DNA of 64,000 nt. It comes from an uncultured Spirochaetales bacterium (GTDB lineage Bacteria; Spirochaetota; Spirochaetia; JAFGXN01). The translations under genes and the position numbers were made by a program. This document shows, one piece after another, positions 37,143 to 47,165 of the stretch; positions within the stretch are counted from its first letter, which is position 1; each line of letters starts with the position of its first letter. The stretch spans positions 92,590 to 156,589 of the forward strand of contig CASEOG010000002.1 of assembly GCA_949289575.1 (NCBI GenBank), read 5' to 3'. The notes under the pieces are model-generated. The model was not told the DNA's origin and did no database searches. It saw only the letters and a program-made list of their open reading frames with translations.

Positions 37143-37490
37143 TCACTTGTTCTCTTTTTCCGCAGGATTGGATTCATCCTCTTTCAAAACAGTTCGGATA
37201 ACCTGCAGCGCCGCCTGAATAAATGGCTCGGATTTATCTTTTCTTCCCGAAAGAATATAAAATTTCAATGCTGTTGCCGGATCGGCTTTTTCCTTATAAT
37301 AATCTCCTATCCGGCATAAACCGTCGCTGTAGCGGGTGGTCAGGAAGATTTTTTTTGCCTGATCGACGGCCCCTTCGTTCAGTAATCTGTTCCCTTTTAA
37401 ATTCAGTCGTGCTTTGTCTTCCGGCGACAGAACCACTTCGGGAGGACCTGTTTTTATCAGACGATTTATCGGCGGGACCGGTCTGTTCAT
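37143..37490 (-). CDS. Small hypothetical protein (115 aa)
   Basis: ORF in tight operon context between hisB and the TPR gene. Overlaps the hisB stop. No family recognised. Confidence 0.4.
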   Translation of the reverse strand: MNRPVPPINRLIKTGPPEVVLSPEDKARLNLKGNRLLNEGAVDQAKKIFLTTRYSDGLCRIGDYYKEKADPATALKFYILSGRKDKSEPFIQAALQVIRTVLKEDESNPAEKENK

Positions 37491-38074
37491 GCTTCCAGCA
37501 TTCCTTTTGTGGAGGGAAGAATTCCGTCCGTTTTCGGTGTCAAAGCCTGTCCCGATGCTTTTCCGAGGGCCTTAAAAGCCGCTTCGGCGAGATGGTGGCT
37601 GTTTTCGCCGTAGAGTCCGTTGATATGCAAATTGATGCGGGCATGGGACGATAGGGCCTGAAAGAATTCTTTCAGAAGGCAGATCTCAAACGATCCGCAG
37701 TAAACCTGCGGATACCGGATGTTGTACACAAGATAGGGGCGTCCGCAAAAATCAATCAGTACCGATGCCGCAGAGTCGTCCATCGGAATAACGGCATTTC
37801 CGTAGCGGGTAACCGGTTGGCTTTTTTGGGCAATTTCGGCAAGGCATTGCCCGATAACAATTCCCGTATCCTCGACCAAATGATGGTTGTCGATATCCGT
37901 ATCGCCTTCCGCACGAATTTCGGCATCAAATCCTCCGTGAAAGAAAAACGCTGTCAGCATGTGATCCAAAAAGGGAACAGTTGTTTTCACGGAAACTTTT
38001 CCCGTTCCCGGAAAAGAGATTTCGGCGTGCACGGAAGTTTCTTTGGTGTTGCGCTCGATTTTTATACAGTTCAT
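37487..38074 (-). CDS. hisB: Imidazoleglycerol-phosphate dehydratase
   Basis: RNTKETSV…FLDHML…GDTDIDNHHLVEDTGI motifs of IGPD. Confidence 0.9.
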   Translation of the reverse strand: MNCIKIERNTKETSVHAEISFPGTGKVSVKTTVPFLDHMLTAFFFHGGFDAEIRAEGDTDIDNHHLVEDTGIVIGQCLAEIAQKSQPVTRYGNAVIPMDDSAASVLIDFCGRPYLVYNIRYPQVYCGSFEICLLKEFFQALSSHARINLHINGLYGENSHHLAEAAFKALGKASGQALTPKTDGILPSTKGMLEA

Positions 38075-38700
38075 CTGCGGTCTCCTCTCAGAAGCGAAAC
38101 AAGTTCATCGATTTCCTTATAACGCATTTTGTAATACGAAGGATTGACAATCATGTAAACACTGATCTCTTTCAATACGTCGATAATTTCCAAATTATTG
38201 GCTGTCAGTGTCGAGCCGGTTTCGACAAGATCGACAATATAATCGGTCAGGCCCAAAACGGGTGCCAGTTCGACAGATCCGTTCAGCTTTACAATTTCAA
38301 TGGGAGTACCGATGCTGTTATAGTAATCGGCCGCGAATCGGGTAAATTTGGAAGCGACTTTCAGTTTTTGTCCCGGTTTGGGCTTCGGTGTTCCGACCTT
38401 TCCCGCCAGACACATGCGGGTATTTCCGCAATCGAGTTTCATGACTTTTGTAAAAGTCGTTCCCGATTCGTAAATCACATCATCTCCGCAAATACCGATG
38501 CCGGCAATACCGTGACGGACGTAAGTGGGTAAATCCGAATTCTTCACGAGAAAGAAGCGAAATTTTTTGTCGGCCGTACAGGCGGTCAGTTTCCTGTCCT
38601 CAAATTCGAAGCGGATTCCGTGTTCGGCAAACATTTTCTGAACCAGTTTTTCCAAGCGTCCCTTGGGGAGAGCAACCGTTATTTCGTTTGTTTCTAACAT
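38071..38700 (-). CDS. hisG: ATP phosphoribosyltransferase, short form
   Basis: About 209 aa with ALPKGRL…, GICGDD and LKVASKF blocks. Immediately downstream of hisZ, as expected for short-form HisG. Confidence 0.85.
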   Translation of the reverse strand: MLETNEITVALPKGRLEKLVQKMFAEHGIRFEFEDRKLTACTADKKFRFFLVKNSDLPTYVRHGIAGIGICGDDVIYESGTTFTKVMKLDCGNTRMCLAGKVGTPKPKPGQKLKVASKFTRFAADYYNSIGTPIEIVKLNGSVELAPVLGLTDYIVDLVETGSTLTANNLEIIDVLKEISVYMIVNPSYYKMRYKEIDELVSLLRGDRR

Positions 38701-39773
38701 AATCTGATAATTTCTCCTTTTGCCCTCATTGCTTTGGCTTTTTCGTAGAGTTCGACAATGTCGCTGCCCGACAGGGCTGTTGCCTGCCGGCTTACGGCCT
38801 CTTTTCTCAGGCCGGGAAGTGATTCGATTTTTCTCTGCATGAGGGAAAATCCGACCGACGGACAGGTCTTTCCGAAATGTTCCATCAGAGTATCGTAGCG
38901 GCCGCCTCCGGCAATCTCGGTCGCCGCATACTCGGCATAGACACGAAAGACCATTCCTGTGTAGTAATTCCGTTCGCCGATTTCGGAAGTGTCCAGGCGG
39001 ACGGCAGCCTCCGGAAAAAGGGCGGCAGTTTTTCGGCCGAGTCCGGCAATATAAAGAGCCTCGTCGCGGACCGGTTGCGGGTTCAGCCCTTCCGCAAAGT
39101 TTTGAAATTCATCCGGTGTCCCGATAAAAGAAAAAAGCTGCCGGAAGCGGTCTCTGCACTCATCTGTATAGTAAGGTTGCAAAATCCGGTCAAATCCTTC
39201 GAAATCACGGTTTCTGACTGCCGTCGATAAGAGGTTTCTCAGATCGGCCTGCAAGTCGGAAAAACAGAGATTGAACAGTTTTCTCGATCCCAGATGAAGA
39301 AAGGTCTTTATCGGTAAAACCGATAAGAGTTCCTCAAGGAGAAGAAGAATTTCCAAATCGCCCTTTTCTCCTTCGACTCCGAAAATTTCGGCACCTGTCT
39401 GAAAAAATTCGTTTTGGGAAATATCCGATTTGTTTTCGTGGCGGAGAATCGTGTCCGAATAAAAGACTCGCAGAGGAAGATTCTTTTCTTCCAGCAGTAC
39501 TGCGATCTGTTTTGCCAAAAAGAGTGTCATATCGTTTCTCAGCAGAAGCAGATCACCCTCTCTGTCGGTCAGTCTGTATACATCTTCGCTTTTAACATAA
39601 TCGGAGTAAATATCGTAAAAATCAAATATGGGGGTCTGAACGGGCAAATATCCCCACAGCATCAGAATATCGGAAAGACGGTTGACAACCCGACGGTGAA
39701 GAGCGGCCTCTTCCATACAAAAACTTTCCGTTCCTCTGGGGTTCTGAAGTAGTGCTTTATTGTTCTTTTTCAT
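38694..39773 (-). CDS. hisZ: ATP phosphoribosyltransferase regulatory subunit HisZ (HisRS paralog)
   Basis: Class II aaRS-like core with GGRYD. Start chosen at ATG 39773 (GAGGA RBS 5 nt upstream), overlapping the last 5 codons of rsmD. Confidence 0.75.
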   Translation of the reverse strand: MKKNNKALLQNPRGTESFCMEEAALHRRVVNRLSDILMLWGYLPVQTPIFDFYDIYSDYVKSEDVYRLTDREGDLLLLRNDMTLFLAKQIAVLLEEKNLPLRVFYSDTILRHENKSDISQNEFFQTGAEIFGVEGEKGDLEILLLLEELLSVLPIKTFLHLGSRKLFNLCFSDLQADLRNLLSTAVRNRDFEGFDRILQPYYTDECRDRFRQLFSFIGTPDEFQNFAEGLNPQPVRDEALYIAGLGRKTAALFPEAAVRLDTSEIGERNYYTGMVFRVYAEYAATEIAGGGRYDTLMEHFGKTCPSVGFSLMQRKIESLPGLRKEAVSRQATALSGSDIVELYEKAKAMRAKGEIIRLC

Positions 39774-40308
39774 CTTTGTCCTCATACCGGTAAAAAAAGA
39801 GCCGGCTTCGTCCGTATTTGCGTTCATCATATAAATGCAGCCGGCCGATCCGTTCCGGAAGCCGGTCTTCCTGCGGGAAGTGAATAATGACGCGACCGTT
39901 TTTATTAATCAGTCCGCTTTCGGAGAGCTTCAGAAGAGTGTTCGCTTTCCCGGTGAGCGGAAACGGCGGGTCCAGGTAAACAACATCATAACAGCCGGTG
40001 TCGGTAGCCAGAAAGCGGTCTACCGACATCAGTCTCATTTTCCAGTTTTCCTCAATGATGCTCAGATTTTGCCAAAGTACTTTCTTTTTAATCGGGTCTT
40101 TTTCGACCGCCACGACAGGGTCGGCGCCCCGCCCGGCCGCTTCGACGGCCATAATTCCGGACCCCGAAAATAAATCCAGAAACGCACATCCGCTTAAATC
40201 TCCGAGAATGGAAAAGAGAGATTCTCTCATTCTGTCCATGGCCGGACGAATCACCCCTTTCGGACAGAGAATCTGTCGGCGGACGTATTTACCTCCGGTA
40301 ATTCTCAT
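39757..40308 (-). CDS. rsmD: 16S rRNA (guanine966-N2)-methyltransferase RsmD
   Basis: LDLFSGSGIMAVEAAGRGA SAM-binding motif and DPPF motif. Confidence 0.8.
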   Translation of the reverse strand: MRITGGKYVRRQILCPKGVIRPAMDRMRESLFSILGDLSGCAFLDLFSGSGIMAVEAAGRGADPVVAVEKDPIKKKVLWQNLSIIEENWKMRLMSVDRFLATDTGCYDVVYLDPPFPLTGKANTLLKLSESGLINKNGRVIIHFPQEDRLPERIGRLHLYDERKYGRSRLFFYRYEDKDEKEQ

Positions 40309-41330
40309 TCAACCTTGAAAATCCATCCTTCCGGGGGATCGATTTCTCCGAACTGAATTCCGACAAGTGTGTCGTAGAGTTTTCTTGTAACCGGTCCGAC
40401 TTCTTTTTCACTGTAGAAAACATGGAGTTTTCCTTTGTAGCTGATACCGCCGATCGGAGTAATAACGGCAGCCGTACCGCAGGCACCGGCCTCGGCAAAT
40501 TCATCGATCTGATCGATAAAGACATCGCGTTCGCTGACTTTCATGCCGAAATGTTTTTCGGCAATGTCCATCAGAGAGTATTTTGTGATACTCGGTAAAA
40601 TCGAAGGCGACTTCGGTGTAACAAATTCACCCGATTTGGTAATGCCGAAAAAGTTGGCGGCGCCGACTTCTTCGATTTTGGTATGAGTTGCCGGATCGAG
40701 ATAAATACAGTCGGCAAATCCCTGTTCGGCGGACAGTTTGTGCGGTTGCAGCGACGCGGCGTAATTGCCGCCGACTTTCTGGGAGCCGGTTCCCAGAGGC
40801 GCTGCCCGGTCGTAGTCGGCAATATTAAAATTGCAGGGAGTCAGACCGTCTTTGAAATAGGCACCGACCGGAACACAGAAGAGTCCGAAAATAAATTCGG
40901 GCGCCGGTTTGACACCGAGATTATGTCCGACACCGATCATATAGGGTCTGAGGTAAAGAGTCCCTCCCGTTCCGTAGGGCGGAATAAAGTGTTCGTTGGC
41001 TTTGACCACTTTCTTACAGGCATCGATAAAACGATCTGTCGGGAATTCCGGCATCAGCAGTTTGCGGCAGCTTTCCTGCATTCGTTTTGCATTTCTGTCG
41101 GGACGAAACAGATTAATCGAACCGTCTTTGGCCCGGTATGCTTTCAGTCCTTCGAAACATTCCTGTCCGTAGTGGAGGGCTGTCGAAGCTTCGCTGATGC
41201 GAAGGTAGTTGTCTTCCGTTAAAACTCCGTCGTCCCACGAACCGTCTTTCCAGACGGAAATGTAGCGGTAATCGGTTTTGATATAAGCAAAGCCGAGATG
41301 ATTCCAATCCAGATTCACTTCTTTTCCCAT
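40305..41330 (-). CDS. ilvE: Branched-chain amino acid aminotransferase
   Basis: LHYGQECFEGLKAYR and downstream class IV aminotransferase blocks. ATG at 41330 has a GAGGA RBS. The ORF-track start at 41390 is likely an over-extension. Confidence 0.85.
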   Translation of the reverse strand: MGKEVNLDWNHLGFAYIKTDYRYISVWKDGSWDDGVLTEDNYLRISEASTALHYGQECFEGLKAYRAKDGSINLFRPDRNAKRMQESCRKLLMPEFPTDRFIDACKKVVKANEHFIPPYGTGGTLYLRPYMIGVGHNLGVKPAPEFIFGLFCVPVGAYFKDGLTPCNFNIADYDRAAPLGTGSQKVGGNYAASLQPHKLSAEQGFADCIYLDPATHTKIEEVGAANFFGITKSGEFVTPKSPSILPSITKYSLMDIAEKHFGMKVSERDVFIDQIDEFAEAGACGTAAVITPIGGISYKGKLHVFYSEKEVGPVTRKLYDTLVGIQFGEIDPPEGWIFKVE

Positions 41331-41404
41331 AATAATCCTCTTATTTCTATTATATAACATTTTATTAAAAGTTTCCATGTCAAAAAACAAAATAAACCAT
41401 TAAT

Positions 41405-43417
41405 TCAAAAAAATTTATCGGGGAAAAGAGAATTCAGAGAGTCATTGATTCGGTCGAGAGTCTCTTTTTCGGCAATCGGATCGGCGATTTTGAATCTCAG
41501 AAGACCGCTTTGGCGCTCTCCGAAAATATCTCCCGGTCCTCTCAGTTTCAGATCCTCGGCGGCAATATCGAATCCGTTGTTCGATTCCGTCAGAATCCTG
41601 AGCCGGCTTTTGCTCTCTTCGTTCAATGCGGTTTCGTCATAGATCAGAAAACAGTAGGAAGGCAGTTTCGAACGGCCGATACGGCCTCGCAGCTGATGGA
41701 GCGTTGCCAGACCGAAGCGCTGCGCGTTTTCGATGACCATCACGGTGGCATTCGGATTATCGATTCCGACTTCGACGACTGTTGTTGCAACGAGAATATC
41801 GATTTCGCGGGCGGCGAAGCGGTCCATAATCCGCAGTTTTTGGTCTTCACTCAGGCGGGAGTGAATCAGAGCCACACGGAATTCGGGGAAAACCTGTGTC
41901 TGCAGCGCCTCCGCCATGCGCAGACTGTCTTTTAACCCGGAGCGGCCGTTCTCTTCGATGAGAGGATAGACGAAATAGGCCTGGTGCCCGGCGGTCAGTT
42001 CCCGATGGACAAAATTGTAGACTTTCTGCTCGTTCCCCGTTCGGGCCAGATGAGTTCTGACGGGGAGACGTCCTTGGGGAAGATCTCCGATGGTCGAAAC
42101 CTCGAGAGACGAATAAACGATGCGGGCCAGGGTTCCCGGAATCGGGGTCGCACTCATCATCAGTATATCGGGGTTGTCGCCCTTGGCAAAGAGAGAAGAC
42201 CGCTGGATGACGCCGAATTTATGCTGTTCGTCGATGATGACCAGTCCCAGGTCGGCGAAGGAAACATCCTGCGAAAACAGGGCGTGAGTACCGATAATCA
42301 GGTCGATTTTTCCTTTTTTTAAAGGGAGAAGGACGTTCCGTCGCGCCTCCGGCTTCAGGCTTCCGGTGTAAAAAGCCACTGTTTTTCCCAGAGGCGCAAA
42401 CAGTTCGAATGCTTTTTCGGCATGCTGACGGGCCAGCAGCTCGGTCGGAACCATCAACGCGCACTGCTGCCCCCGTTCCGTAACGGCAGCGGCGGCCAGG
42501 AATGCGACAAGCGTCTTTCCGCATCCGACGTCGCCCTGCAGCAGTCTTTCCATGACGGTCGGCCGGTTGAGGTCGCGGTTGATCTCTTCCAATGCCGTCC
42601 GCTGTCCGGCAGTCAGGGAAAACGGCAGTGCATCGATGATTTTTTGCTGGAGAGGGGTGACCGATTCCCGAATCCGGCTTTTGCGTGCGACGACGGCGCG
42701 CCGCAGCCGGTGTTCTTTGGCCGCAGCGGCGAACCGGTAGAGTTCGATGTATCCGAGGGTGCGGCGGGCTTCGGTGATATCCGTTTCCGATTGCGGAAAA
42801 TGAATGCGTTGCAGAGCGTCGGCATACGGGAGGAGGGGAAAAGGCGTCTGCCACCGGTCGGGAAACCGAAAGGCGGTGAGGCCGGCGCCGCGTTTGAGGG
42901 CTTCACGGACGGCTTTGATCATAAAACCGTGAGAGAGTCCTGCCGTCAGCGGATAAACGGGGAGCCACCGGCGAAAAAAGGCCGGATTCTCGCTGTATGT
43001 TTCGAAGTCGTTCAGCTGTCCCCGGAACCGTCCCTCGGTTACCGTTATTCCCGAATAATAGTAGAATTTTTTCCCGACCGGAAAGGCCGAAATCAGAAAA
43101 CCGCGGTTAAACAGCGGAAATTCGCAAAGAGTGCCGGTTTCATCCATGGCGATAATTTTGTTCAGGACACCGTTTCGGGTCGCCGTTCTTTCGTGCGAGC
43201 AGACTTCCGCCACACCGGCCGCGGGACGGCCGAAACGGGCAATCTCGGCGAATGTAAAGAAATGTACGGTATCTTTATATGCACGGGGATAAAACAGAAG
43301 GAGATCCCGGACGGAAAAGATTCCGAGCCGCGACAGCAGCGCGGCTTTCCCCGGGCCGATTCCCGGCAGGTCGGTTACCGGGTTCTCCGGAATCGATTCC
43401 CGAATCAGACTTTCCAT
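41405..43417 (-). CDS. recG: ATP-dependent DNA helicase RecG
   Basis: Wedge domain followed by SF2 helicase motifs (GDVGCGKT, DEQHKFGV). Confidence 0.9.
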   Translation of the reverse strand: MESLIRESIPENPVTDLPGIGPGKAALLSRLGIFSVRDLLLFYPRAYKDTVHFFTFAEIARFGRPAAGVAEVCSHERTATRNGVLNKIIAMDETGTLCEFPLFNRGFLISAFPVGKKFYYYSGITVTEGRFRGQLNDFETYSENPAFFRRWLPVYPLTAGLSHGFMIKAVREALKRGAGLTAFRFPDRWQTPFPLLPYADALQRIHFPQSETDITEARRTLGYIELYRFAAAAKEHRLRRAVVARKSRIRESVTPLQQKIIDALPFSLTAGQRTALEEINRDLNRPTVMERLLQGDVGCGKTLVAFLAAAAVTERGQQCALMVPTELLARQHAEKAFELFAPLGKTVAFYTGSLKPEARRNVLLPLKKGKIDLIIGTHALFSQDVSFADLGLVIIDEQHKFGVIQRSSLFAKGDNPDILMMSATPIPGTLARIVYSSLEVSTIGDLPQGRLPVRTHLARTGNEQKVYNFVHRELTAGHQAYFVYPLIEENGRSGLKDSLRMAEALQTQVFPEFRVALIHSRLSEDQKLRIMDRFAAREIDILVATTVVEVGIDNPNATVMVIENAQRFGLATLHQLRGRIGRSKLPSYCFLIYDETALNEESKSRLRILTESNNGFDIAAEDLKLRGPGDIFGERQSGLLRFKIADPIAEKETLDRINDSLNSLFPDKFF

Positions 43418-46400
43418 ACAGAGTGAACGTAATCGCGGTTCCCGATTTCTTCGAGAAAATCACGACTGTCCGAAACTCCCATCGATGCGGGGACCTTCAG
43501 GATATATTCGCCGTCCGATGCGGGGACGTGAAGGTAAATCCGATTCCCTCCGGCCCGGTTCATCATCATTCTTCTGAGATCCATCAGATTATCCTGTGTA
43601 TAGCGGGGATGAAAGCGGATATGAACTTCGGATGCGGGAGCTTTATCGGGAATCTTATTCAGATCGATTTCGAGAAAGCGGTCGAAAATCAGTTGGGCGC
43701 CTCTTTCCTGTCGGTCGAATTTGGCGGTAAACATGATAATATCGTCATTTTCGACCGCATCCCACTGCTCCGCGGAGGCCTTATAGGTTCGCGGAAAGAC
43801 AACCGCGTTAATCGAACCGTCGAAATCTTCGATCGTGAATGTAATCATATCGTCGCCTTTCTGTGTTCTTCTTTTCTGCTTTTGTCCGACCATACCGAGG
43901 ACGGTACAGTTGCGACCCTGTATATATCCGTCGATGTTTACCGTTCGAAAATCGGTGCCCCGTTCCCACAATGCTCTGTATTTTTCAAGCGGATGATGCG
44001 AGGCATAAAAGCCGAGATACTCTTTTTCATATTCGAGAAGCTGTTTTTCGGACCATTCGGCTGTCGGTGTGTATTCCGGTTTCGGCAGAGGCATTTCTTT
44101 TTCGAGTTCTTCGAAAAGGCTGGCCTGTCCGCCCGCAAAAGCCTCTTTTTGGCGGGCCGCATAGAGCGACATTTTTTCGAGATTGGCAATCAGTTCGGCC
44201 CGCGGTCTCGATTCGATGCTGTCGAAAGCTCCCGAATAAATCAGTGCGGCGATGACCCGGCTGTTGCAGATGTGTAAGTCGACTTTTTCCAGAAAATCGA
44301 TAAAATCGGTAAATTTCCCTTTATCGGATCTGATTTTCTGAATATGATCCGTTACGGCATCGCCGACGCCGCCGATACCGGAAATTCCGTAAACAATTTT
44401 GCCGTTATTGACCGTAAAATATTTTTCGGAAATATTGATGTCCGGCGGCAGAATATCGATTCCCATCGAACGTGTTTCCGTCAGATACTCCTGCATCTTT
44501 TCTTTGCTGCCGCCGATTTCGTTGGTCAGGTTGGCCGCCATAAATTCGGCGGGAAAGTGGCACTTCAGGTAGGCGGTTTTGTAGGCGACGACCGAGTAGG
44601 CGGCCGCATGGGATTTGTTGAATCCGTATCCGCTGAACGGTTTGATAATATCCTCAAACAGGAATTCGGCGTCGGCTGCCGTAATTCCTGCCGTGGCGAC
44701 GGCACCGTTGATAAAATCCTGCTTCATCTGTAAAAGAACATCGATTTTTTTCTTTCCCATTGCACGGCGCATCAGGTCGGCTTTTCCGAGTGAAAACCCG
44801 GCGACAGCCTGTCCGATTTTCATAATCTGTTCCTGATAGATCGGAATCATGTTTGTCGGTTTCAGAATATCGTTGAGATCCTTACACCGACGGCATAATT
44901 CTTCGAGACGGCGGAAGCTTTCCGCTTTTTGGGGTTTGTCGAAAACAGGCTGTTCTTTATTTTTATAAGCAATGTAGACAGGTATCCAGTCGAGCGGTCC
45001 CGGGCGGTAAAGAGCGTTTAATGCAATCATGTCTTCTATCGACGCCGGTTTGGCTTCGCGGAGAATTTTCTGCATGCCCGCACTTTCAAACTGGAATACG
45101 CAGGAGCTTTTTCCGTCACTCAGCATTCGGAATGTGTCACTGTCGTCGTCCGGTATATCGGATTCTTTAAAATCGGGGGCTGTTTTACGGATAAGCCGGA
45201 TACAGTTTTTGATAATCGTCAGCGTTTTCAGCCCGAGGAAGTCCATTTTGACAAGGCCGCAGTCCTCGATAAGATCCATAGTGTACTGGGTGGCAATGAC
45301 ATCGTTCGTTTTCGAATTGCCTTTGTACAGGGGAACATATTCGACCAGCGGTTCCTGCCCGATAACCATTCCGCAGGCGTGCGTCGAGACGTTACGGGCC
45401 ATGTTTTCCAATACAAGCGATTCTTTGAACACCACATCCCATTCCCGGCTCCACGGCTCCCCGTCGCCTTTATCTTCGTGGTTAAGAATGGCCTTGATTT
45501 CTGCGATCTCGTCAATGGCCGTCGAAAGAGTCAGTTTGTTTTTTTTCGAGAAAACATCTTCTCCTTTTTCCGAAAGCGCACGGAATGCGGATTGAGAAAT
45601 TTCGGTACCGTCTTTGCTGTAGTAGTGAGTCGGCAGCAGATCTTCCGAAATCATTTGCGTCGCTTTGTTGGACTCGTTAAAGGGAATATTGTGTACGCGG
45701 GCGACATCTTTCAGAACCGCTTTTGTTTTCAATGTTCCGAATGTACAGATTGAGGCGACCCGGTCGGCTCCGTATTTTTGTCTGACATATTCGATAACCG
45801 CTTCCCGGCCTTCGTTGCAGAAGTCGATATCAAAGTCGGGCATGCTGACACGCTCGGGATTGAGAAACCGTTCGAACAGCAAATCGTATTTCAGCGGATC
45901 GATATCGGTAATTTTCATTGCATAGGCCACAATCGAGCCGGCGCCGGATCCCCGTCCGGGACCTACGGGAATCGCGTTCTGCCGGGCATAATTAATAAAG
46001 TCCCAGACAATCAGAAAGTATCCGGCAAAACTTTTTCCTCCGATATCGAAAATAATGCTCAGTTCGTAATCGGCCCGTTTTCGAATCTCTTCGGTCATTT
46101 CCGGATAACGTTCTTTCAGACCTTTTTCGGTGAGGTAACGGACATAATCTTCGGCAGTCTGAAAGCCTTCCGGCAGGGGGTAGTTCGGCAGAATTCCGCC
46201 GGGAAATTCGATTTCCAGATTACATTTTTCGGCCAGTTTAACCGTGTTTTCGATTACCTCGGGGTGGTCGGGGAAAAGAGCCGCCATTTGATCCGGTGTT
46301 TTGAAATAAAATTCATGCTGTTTGAATTCGAAACGGGTCGATTCGGTCTCTTTCCCTTTTTTACCCGGTTCGTCCGTGTTTCCGTTTCCGGAACCGCGTT

Positions 46401-47085
46401 TCAGCTGTCCGGTTCCGATACAAATCAGAGTATCCTGGGCATTATAATCGTCCTGCTCGACGTAATGGATGTCATTGGTGGCAATCACCGGAATATCCAG
46501 TTCTTCGGCCAGGCGGAAGATGCCTTCATTGGCCCGGTGTTCTTCTTCGATTCCGTGATTCATAACCTCGAGATAAAAATGACCGTCACCGAAGAGGTTT
46601 TTGTAGAAAAGGGCTCTCTGTTTGGCTTTATCATACTCGTTTCGGAGAATCAGACGCGGGATTTCTCCGGCAATACAGGCCGAACTGCAGATCAGGCCTT
46701 CATGATATTTTTTCAGAAGTTCGTCATCGATACGGGGGCGGTAATAAAACCCCTCAAGATATCCTGCCGAAACCAGTTTAATCAGGTTTTTGTATCCCGT
46801 ATTGTTTTTTGCCAAAAGAATCATGTGATAATATTTTTCATCAGCCTTGTGTTCGAATCGGGAAGGAGGGTAGATGTAGACTTCGCATCCGATAATCGGA
46901 ATAATTCCCGCTTTTTGGGCGGCTCTGTAAAAATTAATGGCCCCGAACATGTTTCCGTGATCGGTCAGCGCCAGATGGGACATCCCCATTTGAGCCGCTT
47001 TGGCGACCAGATTTTTGACGGAAGCGGCCCCGTCGAGCAGTGAGTAGTCCGAATGATTATGCAGATGAACAAATTTCCGATCCAT
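43405..47085 (-). CDS. dnaE: DNA polymerase III alpha subunit
   Basis: N-terminal PHP domain HLHNHSDYSLLDG. 1226 aa. Conserved polymerase core blocks. Confidence 0.95.
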   Translation of the reverse strand: MDRKFVHLHNHSDYSLLDGAASVKNLVAKAAQMGMSHLALTDHGNMFGAINFYRAAQKAGIIPIIGCEVYIYPPSRFEHKADEKYYHMILLAKNNTGYKNLIKLVSAGYLEGFYYRPRIDDELLKKYHEGLICSSACIAGEIPRLILRNEYDKAKQRALFYKNLFGDGHFYLEVMNHGIEEEHRANEGIFRLAEELDIPVIATNDIHYVEQDDYNAQDTLICIGTGQLKRGSGNGNTDEPGKKGKETESTRFEFKQHEFYFKTPDQMAALFPDHPEVIENTVKLAEKCNLEIEFPGGILPNYPLPEGFQTAEDYVRYLTEKGLKERYPEMTEEIRKRADYELSIIFDIGGKSFAGYFLIVWDFINYARQNAIPVGPGRGSGAGSIVAYAMKITDIDPLKYDLLFERFLNPERVSMPDFDIDFCNEGREAVIEYVRQKYGADRVASICTFGTLKTKAVLKDVARVHNIPFNESNKATQMISEDLLPTHYYSKDGTEISQSAFRALSEKGEDVFSKKNKLTLSTAIDEIAEIKAILNHEDKGDGEPWSREWDVVFKESLVLENMARNVSTHACGMVIGQEPLVEYVPLYKGNSKTNDVIATQYTMDLIEDCGLVKMDFLGLKTLTIIKNCIRLIRKTAPDFKESDIPDDDSDTFRMLSDGKSSCVFQFESAGMQKILREAKPASIEDMIALNALYRPGPLDWIPVYIAYKNKEQPVFDKPQKAESFRRLEELCRRCKDLNDILKPTNMIPIYQEQIMKIGQAVAGFSLGKADLMRRAMGKKKIDVLLQMKQDFINGAVATAGITAADAEFLFEDIIKPFSGYGFNKSHAAAYSVVAYKTAYLKCHFPAEFMAANLTNEIGGSKEKMQEYLTETRSMGIDILPPDINISEKYFTVNNGKIVYGISGIGGVGDAVTDHIQKIRSDKGKFTDFIDFLEKVDLHICNSRVIAALIYSGAFDSIESRPRAELIANLEKMSLYAARQKEAFAGGQASLFEELEKEMPLPKPEYTPTAEWSEKQLLEYEKEYLGFYASHHPLEKYRALWERGTDFRTVNIDGYIQGRNCTVLGMVGQKQKRRTQKGDDMITFTIEDFDGSINAVVFPRTYKASAEQWDAVENDDIIMFTAKFDRQERGAQLIFDRFLEIDLNKIPDKAPASEVHIRFHPRYTQDNLMDLRRMMMNRAGGNRIYLHVPASDGEYILKVPASMGVSDSRDFLEEIGNRDYVHSVWKV

Positions 47086-47165
47086 GTTTCTGCCCTCCCC
47101 GTTGAAACATTTCTTTTCGATTCCGCGAAATCTATGATACCGTAATTTTGTTATTTGTCAATATT

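Noticed and set aside
41984-43426. Plus-strand ORFs (112-334 aa) inside recG
   Set aside because: Antisense to the RecG helicase motifs. Artefactual.
45778-47043. 421-aa plus-strand ORF inside dnaE
   Set aside because: Antisense to DNA polymerase III alpha. No independent evidence.
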